DNA of 64,000 nt, taken from an uncultured Alphaproteobacteria bacterium. GTDB lineage: Bacteria > Pseudomonadota > Alphaproteobacteria > Rs-D84. Both the position numbers and the translations under genes were made by a program. The stretch covers positions 1,444 through 65,443 of the forward strand of contig CALXWX010000001.1 in NCBI GenBank assembly GCA_944392565.1. The letters are read 5' to 3'. Positions 47,507 to 57,158 of the stretch are shown here, in pieces. The first letter of the stretch is position 1, and every line of letters starts with the position of its first letter. Below the pieces are notes generated by a model. It did not search any database and had not been told where the DNA came from. It saw only the letters and a program-made list of their open reading frames with translations.

Positions 47507-50332
47507 ATGAAAGCAGATGCACACAAACAGGTTCAATATTTACGCCATGGGATGGAACAATTCCTGGCCGATGAAGACAAACATATCACCAATGGCGCAC
47601 CGCGCCTGCGTGGCGAACAGTACTTTGCGCTGGGCGCATTGACCAAGCTGTCCGACACCCAAATTGCGGCCAGTTATTACAAACTGCCCACTGGGTTTGG
47701 TAAAACCGTAATGTTTTCATACATGGCCCAGGCGTATCTGCTCCAGGCACGCGCCAATGGTGACACAAAGAAACTGGTTATATTGGTGCCACGTTTGAAT
47801 TTGATTAACCAAACCAGCGACAAACTGGACAGCTTTGCCGGATTTAGTGCATCGGAATTTAGCGGCCGCACCAAGGACACCGATGCAGACATCATCATTT
47901 CAACATACCGTTCACTGGATAAACTGGTGGAAACCATTGGGATTGAAAATATCGGCCTAATCTTTGCGGACGAGGCCCACCATGTCACCGGCGACAAAAT
48001 TTCCCAAACAATGACCAATTTGATGAAATCGGTGCCTACAATTGGTTTTACCGCCACCCCATCATACGATGCTGACAAATCGGTTGGCAATGTACTGAGG
48101 ACAGAAATATTTGCAATGACGATTGCCGATGGCGTGCGTGGCGGAATGTTATCACCGGTAAAAAACACCCTGTATTGTTCCAGTATTGTATATGACCTGG
48201 AAAACACACCTGCAACCAGTCAAGGCGAATATGATTATAACAGTATAACCGGTCAGATTGATACAGACACACTGACCAGCGAAATTGCAGACATATACAT
48301 CAATGGCGTTGACGAAGACACCGGTCGCCGATTTATTGATGCCAAGGCAATGATAAACTGTCCCAACATTGAAATGGCAAAACGTCAGGCCGATGCAATT
48401 AACCAACGGGCCGGCCACATCATCGCACGCGCATTTTCATCAGACATGAAAGATTTCGAGATTGAAAAAGCAAAATTCATTGCCGGCAAATACCAGGTTG
48501 CATGCCAGGTTAACACCATGACCGAGGGCTTTGACGACACCACAGTCAGCCTGTGCATAAACTATCCAACACGTTCCGCCGTTCGTGCCGAACAGGCCGC
48601 CGGACGTGCAATTCGTCTGAATGAATCTGATCCGCATAAAATCGCATTTGTAATCGATACAATTTTCAGAAAGCACGACAGTGAAACCAGCGACACCGCT
48701 CTGCAAACCGCACGACACGCAAAACAAGTTTTGTTCAAAGACATCGCCGGCGGAATGGTATTATTCCCAGAAAATTTCAAGGATGGCATCACACATGACA
48801 AACACCATCCACACACCCGTGGCAACCACAAAACCGTAAAACCATATGAAATCATTACATCAACGGAAACACTGCTGGATTTGAATCGTGTCGATACAGA
48901 ACGCGCCAAGGAAGAAGAAATACCAGAAAAAACCGATGAATGGTTGACTGCTACAGAACTTATGAAATATATTTTGGGTGGCAAGGATAAAATTTTACAA
49001 AAACTAATCGCTTTGACCAAAGATATGCCAGGCAAGATTGAAACAAGACAATCTGGCAGCAACACCCCTCTGTGTCTGCATATCAGTGCGATTGAAGAAT
49101 TTTGCCAACTATCAGAATTAAAAATGGTTGGCAGTATACAGCCAAAGTCGAAAGACTGGTTGACCGCAGACGAACTTCGAAAATATTTTGTAGGTCAATC
49201 AGAAAAAATATTAGCAAAACTGCGAGAACTAGCAGAAAAAATGCCAGACAAAATTCAACAAAGAAAATCCGGAGGTGCAACTCCACTATGTCTACATATT
49301 AGCGGAATTGAAGAATTTAGACTTTTATCAGGCCTTGAAAGAAGAACGGAAATCCAACCAAAGACCAAAGACTGGTTAAACTCAAAAGAGGCAAGCCAAT
49401 ATTTTAAAGCAAAACAAATGATCGTTTTGCAAAAAATGAATGAATTAGCTGAAAAGATGCCAGACAAGATTCAGAAAAGACAATCTGGTTCTCTGACACC
49501 ACTATGTGTACACATCGGTGCAATCGATGACCTGGCAAAATATTCGGGATTAGAAAGAAAAGGGAAATTCCCAGCCAAAACAAACGATTGGCTGACAGCA
49601 AACGAATTACACATGCACATCAGAGCAAAAGCCGATAAAATTCTAGAAAAACTCAAAGAATTTGCAAATATGATGCCTGATAAAATCCAACAAAGAGAAA
49701 TCTTCAACGGCCAGTCTCCTTTATGTCTACACATTAGTGGGTTAGATAAGTTTATACAGCTTTCCGGATTGGAAAAAAGAACCACTATTTCTAAAAAGAC
49801 AACCGAATGGTTAACTGCTGATGAATTGACCAACCATTTTATTGGTGGCGCAGGTAAGATTTTAGGAAAACTACGAGAACTGGCCGCTAAAATGACAAAT
49901 GAAATTCAAATTATGCAGTCCGGCTCTCGGCAAGTTCTTTGTCTGCATATTAGTGCTCTGGACAAATTTGCTAAATTATCAAAACTAAAAAGACAAATAA
50001 AACTACAAGCAAAGACCAATGACTGGTTAAATGCAACAGAGCTAGCCAAATACTTTATAGGGGGCAGAGATAAAATATTAAAAAAACTTGATGAATTAAA
50101 AACAACGATGCCAGACAAAATACAAAAAAAACAAAATGGATCCCACACGCCCCTATGCCTGCATATCGATGCACTGGATGAATTTACGCGTTTATCCGGT
50201 TTAACAAGACGTGGCGAAGTCACCCCAGAAAAGTTCCATGCCGGAACTAAAGTTGTCAAGGCAATGACCCAGATGGCAGAATCCAAGAAACAAGCAAAGG
50301 ATACCATCACCCCCGACAACCAATACGAATAA
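47507..50332 (+). CDS. SF2 (DEAH-type) helicase with six C-terminal ~73-aa tandem repeats
   Basis: Motif I is KLPTGFGKTV, motif II is IFADEAHH, and motif VI is QAAGRAIRL. Repeats of the form DWLTA.EL.KYF.G...KIL.KL.EL..KMPDKIQ.R.SG..TPLCLHIS...F..LSGLE.R span about 48935-50235. Confidence 0.75.
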   Translation: MKADAHKQVQYLRHGMEQFLADEDKHITNGAPRLRGEQYFALGALTKLSDTQIAASYYKLPTGFGKTVMFSYMAQAYLLQARANGDTKKLVILVPRLNLINQTSDKLDSFAGFSASEFSGRTKDTDADIIISTYRSLDKLVETIGIENIGLIFADEAHHVTGDKISQTMTNLMKSVPTIGFTATPSYDADKSVGNVLRTEIFAMTIADGVRGGMLSPVKNTLYCSSIVYDLENTPATSQGEYDYNSITGQIDTDTLTSEIADIYINGVDEDTGRRFIDAKAMINCPNIEMAKRQADAINQRAGHIIARAFSSDMKDFEIEKAKFIAGKYQVACQVNTMTEGFDDTTVSLCINYPTRSAVRAEQAAGRAIRLNESDPHKIAFVIDTIFRKHDSETSDTALQTARHAKQVLFKDIAGGMVLFPENFKDGITHDKHHPHTRGNHKTVKPYEIITSTETLLDLNRVDTERAKEEEIPEKTDEWLTATELMKYILGGKDKILQKLIALTKDMPGKIETRQSGSNTPLCLHISAIEEFCQLSELKMVGSIQPKSKDWLTADELRKYFVGQSEKILAKLRELAEKMPDKIQQRKSGGATPLCLHISGIEEFRLLSGLERRTEIQPKTKDWLNSKEASQYFKAKQMIVLQKMNELAEKMPDKIQKRQSGSLTPLCVHIGAIDDLAKYSGLERKGKFPAKTNDWLTANELHMHIRAKADKILEKLKEFANMMPDKIQQREIFNGQSPLCLHISGLDKFIQLSGLEKRTTISKKTTEWLTADELTNHFIGGAGKILGKLRELAAKMTNEIQIMQSGSRQVLCLHISALDKFAKLSKLKRQIKLQAKTNDWLNATELAKYFIGGRDKILKKLDELKTTMPDKIQKKQNGSHTPLCLHIDALDEFTRLSGLTRRGEVTPEKFHAGTKVVKAMTQMAESKKQAKDTITPDNQYE

Positions 50333-50376
50333 AACACCGCCCAACCGGGCGGTATTTTATTAGTCAAACAATATAG

Positions 50377-51570
50377 TTATTCCATATCCCGTGCAGACTG
50401 CCGCTGCAACAATAACTCATTTTGCAAATGCGCAATTACCTTTTGGGGCTGTATCACTATATCATAATTGGTTTCAGAATCAGCATCTTTACGCTGGCCC
50501 GTAGAACGAACAACATCAAAAAAATGATCTGGCGTCAAATTCGGATACACTTGCTTGGCCATGGCATAGACACCAACCAGATAAGGTGTTGACCAAGACA
50601 AACCACCAGTTCCCGTATAGACGTAGTTATCATGCCCACAAAAACCTGCCAACGTACGTCCCCCGGCCGGCACTAAAATCCTGTTAGAATCACCTGTACC
50701 GCGAAGACGGTCATATTCATAAGACCCAACACTATTTGGATCAGAATTCAAAGTTCGATGAATTCTGCTAAAGCAAGCCTTTTCTCCATAAAAATTCCAA
50801 GGATCAGTGGTCAACACTAAAACCCCACTGTTAATAAGCTCATTTATCAACTCAGTACATTCTGGGCTTTTACCCAACATTCCCCAACTAATCGATACCG
50901 CAGAAATACGTTTGTCCTCTGGCAGGCGCAAATTCATAAACAGAATTTTACGTAACGCCTTGGCGTAATTAGAAAAATAAATCTCCCATTGCTTGCCAGC
51001 ATGATCTGACTGAACAAACGGCTTTTCATCTGGTGCACCAGAATAAAAATTTGCTGCAAAATAAACCAATTTTGCATCAGGGGCAACCCCTATACTTTTA
51101 CCGCAAGCCAGACTAGACACTGCTGTTGCATGCATATTTGCAACCAATGGCACATCAGATGGATACCCAATACTTTCATAATGAATCAAGTTATCCTTAA
51201 TTTCCTGATGCGCAGTATCCAATGGATTATCAATTATAGCAATGGTGACACCGCATCCCGTTATACCACGTTCATGCAATTCACGCACCCCAAGCCCAGG
51301 ATCTTTCCCTGACTCTAATATCTTATTTGGCACGAACCCATCTGGCAACTTGTCTGCCCCCGGGAAGACAACATTGTTATCAAAACTCATAACCTTTAAA
51401 GCCTCGCCAGCATCTGATAAATTTACATCAGAAACATCCACATCCAGCAGGGAAAAATCGAATTCACCCATATCCTTAATTGATTTGGAAAAATCAGGAA
51501 TGGCTTTTCTGTGCAAACTCTGTGGTTGTGCGCCTGGATGAATCTTGAAAACAGCAAATTTATTTTCCAT
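50377..51570 (-). CDS. Subtilisin-like (S8) serine peptidase; no signal peptide
   Basis: The Asp is in GVTIAIIDN, the His in MHATAVSS and the Ser in GTGGLSWSTPYLVGVYA (GTSxAxP-like). The Shine-Dalgarno sequence is gaggtaa. Confidence 0.65.
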   Translation of the reverse strand: MENKFAVFKIHPGAQPQSLHRKAIPDFSKSIKDMGEFDFSLLDVDVSDVNLSDAGEALKVMSFDNNVVFPGADKLPDGFVPNKILESGKDPGLGVRELHERGITGCGVTIAIIDNPLDTAHQEIKDNLIHYESIGYPSDVPLVANMHATAVSSLACGKSIGVAPDAKLVYFAANFYSGAPDEKPFVQSDHAGKQWEIYFSNYAKALRKILFMNLRLPEDKRISAVSISWGMLGKSPECTELINELINSGVLVLTTDPWNFYGEKACFSRIHRTLNSDPNSVGSYEYDRLRGTGDSNRILVPAGGRTLAGFCGHDNYVYTGTGGLSWSTPYLVGVYAMAKQVYPNLTPDHFFDVVRSTGQRKDADSETNYDIVIQPQKVIAHLQNELLLQRQSARDME

Positions 51571-51578
51571 GCATTACC

Positions 51579-52124
51579 TCACCGTTCCAAAATCTTTTCC
51601 AGAATGTATTCGTGATGCCATTCGCCGTCAATGAATGCGGTGTCGTGTAAAATACCGACAATTTCATAACCTTGCTTTAACAGATTACCAAGCGAACGCG
51701 TGTTTTTATGTCGAACACCACTTTGTAGTACGTGAACATTATTTTCACGGGCCCACCTTTCAATAATTTGCTTAAATTTTGTCCCCAGACCATTTGATGT
51801 ATATTGTTCTAACATAGTTGTTGCTGTGCTTGCCACACGTCCGGAATAAGGATGACCAACTTGTTTCTTATTTATGTCAGCCATACCAATAAGTTTATTT
51901 CCATCCCACGCACCAACAAACAAATTATTTGGATTGTCATAAATTTGAATAGATTTTTCTTTGTCTTTTTTGGGTTGACCTGCATACTGCCATGTCCATT
52001 TAGCCCCAGGACCGCTTGCAAATTTACTTAAATATTTCATAACGTCTTCATAATCCGTACCACGAATACGGCGAATGGTTACAACCTTGCCATTTTTTAA
52101 CTTGAATTTAATTGCGCGCCTCAT
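51579..52124 (-). CDS. GNAT family N-acetyltransferase
   Basis: GHPYSGRVASTATTMLEQYTSNGLGTKFKQIIERWARENNVHVLQSGV is GNAT-like. The Shine-Dalgarno sequence is gggggatt. Confidence 0.55.
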   Translation of the reverse strand: MRRAIKFKLKNGKVVTIRRIRGTDYEDVMKYLSKFASGPGAKWTWQYAGQPKKDKEKSIQIYDNPNNLFVGAWDGNKLIGMADINKKQVGHPYSGRVASTATTMLEQYTSNGLGTKFKQIIERWARENNVHVLQSGVRHKNTRSLGNLLKQGYEIVGILHDTAFIDGEWHHEYILEKILER

Positions 52125-52466
52125 TCAATCCCCCATACATTATTGGGTAATATTTTATCATAAAATCTGGCAGTTAGCAAATAATGCCCAACCGGGCGGT
52201 TTTTATTTGACAAAGAAAATTCCACAGCCTAATATGTAAAAAATGTGTAAAATGTATGCGAAAAGCAAATATCGAATCCCTACAGATTTTTCTGAAAAGA
52301 TACCCCAAAATTCCTGTGTAAAAAATATGTAAAACTGAAACTATATACGGACCAGCTTAAACCAGCCTGTATGCAGTGATATGCACAAATGTTAAACGGC
52401 CATTTTTGCCCGTGATTCAATCTGTATTATGCGGAAATCTGGGATTTTTTGTTATGTAGCATATGT

Positions 52467-52510
52467 GGAGTCAGAGTCCGGAGTTCTACCGTTAAACTAT
52501 GCCCCAATGC
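52467..52510. repeat. Right copy of the 44-bp direct repeat (partial tRNA-Gln 5' part) bounding the island
   Basis: Identical to 34038-34081. Downstream sequence diverges from the tRNA. Confidence 0.85.
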
Positions 52511-52971
52511 GGGACGCATTATATAACGCATCTATATAATTTGCAATGAATTTTTTTATTTGATTTAAATGCAATACAAACTATAATTAACCCTGAATCC
52601 AAAGGGATTTGGGTTTGGGGTCGTAAGAAAACCTTTACCAAATCGGCATATAAATATGTATGTCGCAATCCGCACGGGGATAGTATGCGGCGCAAAGGGT
52701 GCGCCTTTTATTATCCACAACCCCGCACAGGTCGGGGGGCCGTCAGTTATACAACAGGGACGCAAGCGGACCTGATTCAGGTTTCCCAAAGGCTGGCGGG
52801 GTCAAATTTGGTTGATTTTCTTAACTCCCCGACCGCCAAATCCATATGGATTGGCGGCGTATTTATTTAGGGAAAAAAATCACAATAAATTATGTTGCAA
52901 GTTTCCCTAAGTATGATACGCTAAAAGGACAGAAGGGTATCAAATTTCACAAACAGCAAAAGGAGAACGGT

Positions 52972-55900
52972 ATGGCGACATACAAGCATTTAACAGATTT
53001 ATTAAAGATCTGTTCCGTGCTGCCTGCGTTGGCGATTATGCCCGCAATGGCGACAACGGTAGATATCAGTGATGATATTGTTATCGAAAATCAAACCAAT
53101 TCGGATGGAAGTAACCAGAACGCGGCGGGGTTAACGCTGTCGTACGGGGATAAATTATCCACCAATGGTGCGAATAATGTTAAATTCAACAATAATTCGT
53201 CTGTGAATTCTGGTGGTGCGATGAAGGCGTTAAATGGATTCACCGCGGGTGATGGTTGGACATTTACAAATAACCATTCTGATAAAATGTCCGGTGGTTT
53301 GTATGTCAAGATTCCAGAATCATATACTGGTGTTGACCCGGAAAATATTAACCGTGATGTTGTATTCGGTAAAAATACCACGTTTACAGGCAACAGTTCC
53401 AAGCATTTGGGCGGTGCATTGGGTATAGAAACCGCACGTAATGTAACCATTGGCGATAACGCAAAGTTTACAAGCAATACAACCGAAACGGATGGTGGTG
53501 CGATTGCGATTTGGACGGATTCGGAAAATGGTGTTAAAACGCCCAGTACGCTGACATTGGGTACATCAGAATTCACCGGAAATACGGCGGCGGATCGTGG
53601 TGGTGCAATTGCAAATTTGAACAGTGATAACAATCCGACGGAATTTAATAATACAGTTAATATCGCGACATCGACATTCGAAAACAACAGTGCGAAAAAC
53701 GGTGGCGCGATTTATAATGTTGGCACCATGAACGTTGGTGGAACATTTACAGGAAATAAAGCAACCAAACAAGGTGGTGCAGTTTGGAATTCTGGCACAT
53801 TGAATATTGCAGATGGTTCTGTGTTCAGTGAAAATTCAAATGCGAACGGTTCAGCCATTTATAATGACTATAAAGCAGGTAAGTTAACGATTGGTGATAA
53901 TGTTAAATTTTCTGGTAATTTAACCGGGGCGGCCGTCTATGGTGGTGGTGAAATTAAAATAGGCGATGGTGCAGAATTTACAGGAAATGCAGGTGGAATT
54001 GCTTTATCGGCATTTAATAAAGGTTCTTTGGAAATTGGTGATAATGCTGTATTTACAAAGAACAATTCCAAGAAAGGTGGCGCCGCGATTAATATCAATG
54101 TTGGTGCGGATAAGTTTGTGATGGGGAACAATGCAAAGTTTTCTGAAAACACATCCACGCAAGTAGGTGGTGCGCTGTATATTGCTAATAATGACGCTAC
54201 GTTGGGTACAGGGTATACGTTTGAAAACAATACGGGCGCACAGGGTGGTGCATTGGCATATAATGGTAAAAATGCGGATGCGGTGTTAAGTTTAGATAAC
54301 TTTACTTTTGATACAAACCACGCTATTGGTAGTACAAATAAAACAGCTGGTGGTGGTGCCCTGTTGGTAAGCGATGGCGTCACGGGTACGGTAGATATCA
54401 AGAATTCTACGTTTGAAAAGAATGATTCGACAGTTGCCGGTGGTGCCATTTTGCAGATGGACGGTTCAACCGCAACGATAAATATCGATGGTTCCACATT
54501 TGCCCAGAACCAGACCGGTGCCGAAGGTGGTGCGGTTGTTTCTGATGCAACGTTAGTTGTAAAAAATTCAACATTTACCGGAAATAAAACAACCGGTACA
54601 AAGGTTGTAGAAGCAGGTAAACCCGTATTGGATGCCAATGGTGGTGGCGGTGCAATATTCTTGTACGACGAATCCAACACAACCATCAGTGGTTCCACAT
54701 TCACCGGTAATACATCCGGCACATACGGTGGTGCAATCGCAACGCGTATGGGGGCAGATTCCGCGGTGTCTTCGTTGACATTGTCGAATTCTGTGTTTGA
54801 ATCGAACCATGCCGGTGCAAATGGTGGTGCCGTTTACAATACTGTGAAAACCACAATTGGTAATGGTATGTCGTTCACAGACAACAATGCACACAATGGT
54901 GGCGCAATCTGGAATGACCGGGACGCAATATTATCCTTTGTTAATACGGAACAAATTAAGTTTGAAAAAAATATTGCGGGCAATGCCGGCGGTGCGATTT
55001 ACAGTGCAGGTGTAATTGACAAAATATCAAATGTATTGTTCAAAGAAAACGAAGGTTATTTGGCTGGTGCAATCAATAATTCTAACCTGATTGGTGAAAA
55101 CCAGGGTGGATATATTGGTGAAATTTCCAATTCGCAGTTTATTGGGAACAAGGGTGGCACATCCATGGGTGGCGCGATCCGCAACCAGGGTCGAATTGCC
55201 AAAATCACAGATGTACTGTTCAGTGGAAACATTGCTGGGAACGGCGGTGCGCTGAATAACGGCACATGGGGCAGTTTGGTTGATTCTGTCACGAATGTTG
55301 ATTTTATCGGTAATGTCGCCACAGGTGGCGTCGGTCAAGGTGGTGCAATTGTGAACGCTGGCAAGATTGCGTTGATTGATGGTTCTAATTTTTCAGACAA
55401 TCGCGCAGATGTCAAGGGTGGCGCAATTGCAAACGTTGCGCCAAGTGATGGAGATGGCACCGCCATTGCGACCATCACGTTAAAAGACACCAACTTTACC
55501 GGAAATATCGCCGATGAAATGGGTGGCGCCATTTACAACCATGAACGTGGTGAAATTGTTCTGAACGGTAAAAACACATTCAGTGGCAACATGGCGGGTG
55601 ACGTTGCAAACGACATCCACAATGATGGTAAATTTTCCATCGCGTCTGGCACAACAACGCTGGGTGGTGGTATTACCGGTGACGGTACACTGACCATTGC
55701 GGATGGTGCAACACTGAATATCGGTACAACAGTTGTTGAACAGGCGTCCATTGACATCCAGGGTGCGTTGCAAACAATATTGACCGACAGTGAAAACTTT
55801 GGCTCATTGGCTGCCAAGGATATAACCACCAGTGGAAATGGCGTTCTGCAACTGATTATCAACGGCGTTGGAGAATATGATATCTTTGGCGAAACACCGT

Positions 55901-57042
55901 ACGATGATGTCAATATCAAACACGCCGGGGTTTATGATGTTACCCAAAATGACACAGGTGCATTTATTGTTTCAGAAAAAGCAGTTGCGGATATTGCCGC
56001 AGATACAGGTCTGACAACAAATTCAGCAAATGCAGTTAATGTACTGTTGAAATCCGAAGACGATGTCTTGAATACGATTTCGCTGATGGCGCAACAAGAC
56101 CTGGTCGCGGGCAATACTGGCAATGCTGAAAAAGAACTGGCAAAACTGAACCCAGATGACAAGCCGGTCGCACAATCGGTCGCATCGTCTGTCCAGAACC
56201 AGGTGATGTCGCTGGCTGCGGGTCGTATGTCCGGTGCATCGGTCGGTCGCAGTGGTGGTGATTTAACATCTGCGGATTATGGCCTGTGGGTCCAGGGTCT
56301 GTACAACCATTCGAAATATAATGGCAAGTTCAGCGGCGATACATGGGGTATTTCTGTCGGTGCAGATACACTGATTGACGGTAAATATACTCTGGGTATC
56401 GGTTATGCATACAATGACACTGATGTCGATTCGAATTCGCGTGATACAACGATTGAATCGAACAGCTTGTTCCTGTATGGCCAGTACAAGCCAAACGAAT
56501 GGTATGTTAATGCAGCATTGAACTATACAATGGCTAACTATGACGAATCTGCGGATCCATATGGATTCAAACGCAATGCAGAATATGATGTCGATTCGTT
56601 CGGTGGTCAAATCATGACTGGATATGACTTTGCATCTGGTCTGACCCCAGAAGTTGGTATGCGTTACCTGCACATCAGCCAGGATGCATATCAAAGCGCA
56701 TTGGGTACCGTTGACGCGTTGGATACAGACTATCTGACCGGTGTCGCGGGCGTAAAGTATGCGTTCGAAATCGAATCGGCGTCTGAACTGAAATTCCGTC
56801 CGGAACTGCGTGCGGCGGCAACATATGACTTTATGTCTGATGCAGCCGTGGCAACAGTGAACGCGCCGGGTAATGTTGCATATGTCATCGATGCGGATCG
56901 CCTGTCACGGTTCGGTGGTGAATTCGGTATTGGATTGACCGCACAGTATCGTGGGCTGGATGTATCGTTGAACTATGAACTGGATCTGCACGAAGATTAC
57001 ACTTCACAGACCGGTATGTTAAAGTTCAGATATGATTTCTAA
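52972..57042 (+). CDS. Large Pmp-like autotransporter (GGAI/FxxN repeats; C-terminal beta-barrel ending KFRYDF)
   Basis: The signal peptide is MATYKHLTDLLKICSVLPALAIMPAMA. There are dozens of GGA[IL] and F(T/S)GN repeats. The C-terminal translocator is paralogous to 31247-33616. The Shine-Dalgarno sequence is AAGGAGAA; the ORF track start is 52846. Confidence 0.8.
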   Translation: MATYKHLTDLLKICSVLPALAIMPAMATTVDISDDIVIENQTNSDGSNQNAAGLTLSYGDKLSTNGANNVKFNNNSSVNSGGAMKALNGFTAGDGWTFTNNHSDKMSGGLYVKIPESYTGVDPENINRDVVFGKNTTFTGNSSKHLGGALGIETARNVTIGDNAKFTSNTTETDGGAIAIWTDSENGVKTPSTLTLGTSEFTGNTAADRGGAIANLNSDNNPTEFNNTVNIATSTFENNSAKNGGAIYNVGTMNVGGTFTGNKATKQGGAVWNSGTLNIADGSVFSENSNANGSAIYNDYKAGKLTIGDNVKFSGNLTGAAVYGGGEIKIGDGAEFTGNAGGIALSAFNKGSLEIGDNAVFTKNNSKKGGAAININVGADKFVMGNNAKFSENTSTQVGGALYIANNDATLGTGYTFENNTGAQGGALAYNGKNADAVLSLDNFTFDTNHAIGSTNKTAGGGALLVSDGVTGTVDIKNSTFEKNDSTVAGGAILQMDGSTATINIDGSTFAQNQTGAEGGAVVSDATLVVKNSTFTGNKTTGTKVVEAGKPVLDANGGGGAIFLYDESNTTISGSTFTGNTSGTYGGAIATRMGADSAVSSLTLSNSVFESNHAGANGGAVYNTVKTTIGNGMSFTDNNAHNGGAIWNDRDAILSFVNTEQIKFEKNIAGNAGGAIYSAGVIDKISNVLFKENEGYLAGAINNSNLIGENQGGYIGEISNSQFIGNKGGTSMGGAIRNQGRIAKITDVLFSGNIAGNGGALNNGTWGSLVDSVTNVDFIGNVATGGVGQGGAIVNAGKIALIDGSNFSDNRADVKGGAIANVAPSDGDGTAIATITLKDTNFTGNIADEMGGAIYNHERGEIVLNGKNTFSGNMAGDVANDIHNDGKFSIASGTTTLGGGITGDGTLTIADGATLNIGTTVVEQASIDIQGALQTILTDSENFGSLAAKDITTSGNGVLQLIINGVGEYDIFGETPYDDVNIKHAGVYDVTQNDTGAFIVSEKAVADIAADTGLTTNSANAVNVLLKSEDDVLNTISLMAQQDLVAGNTGNAEKELAKLNPDDKPVAQSVASSVQNQVMSLAAGRMSGASVGRSGGDLTSADYGLWVQGLYNHSKYNGKFSGDTWGISVGADTLIDGKYTLGIGYAYNDTDVDSNSRDTTIESNSLFLYGQYKPNEWYVNAALNYTMANYDESADPYGFKRNAEYDVDSFGGQIMTGYDFASGLTPEVGMRYLHISQDAYQSALGTVDALDTDYLTGVAGVKYAFEIESASELKFRPELRAAATYDFMSDAAVATVNAPGNVAYVIDADRLSRFGGEFGIGLTAQYRGLDVSLNYELDLHEDYTSQTGMLKFRYDF

Positions 57043-57053
57043 AAAAAACAGTC

Positions 57054-57090
57054 TGACTGAAAAAAATCCCCCAATTGGGGGATTTTTTAT
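57054..57090 (+). terminator. Terminator atcccccaattgggggat with a T-run
   Basis: Read directly. Confidence 0.5.
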
Positions 57091-57158
57091 TATTCCCTGC
57101 CCCCGTGTGGCAATCTTTCCTGTGGTAAAAAAGATAAAAATATTGAATAATAATAAAC

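Noticed and set aside
48935-50235. Tandem ~219-bp DNA repeats as a possible CRISPR or other non-coding array.
   Set aside because: The repeats are in-frame within the helicase ORF and conserved at the amino-acid level. The units are far longer than CRISPR repeats and have no spacer structure.
34082-52466. Integrase, recombinase or transposase gene that would make the island an identifiable ICE, prophage or IS.
   Set aside because: Every ORF of 60 aa or more in the interval was inspected. None shows tyrosine or serine recombinase (R…HxxR…Y) or DDE transposase signatures. The island is therefore called only on the direct repeats and cargo.
52846-52971. ORF-track start at 52846 for the large autotransporter, which would add 42 aa before the signal peptide.
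   Set aside because: The track treats TTG and GTG as Met. The ATG at 52972 has an ideal Shine-Dalgarno sequence (AAGGAGAA) and directly begins a canonical signal peptide.
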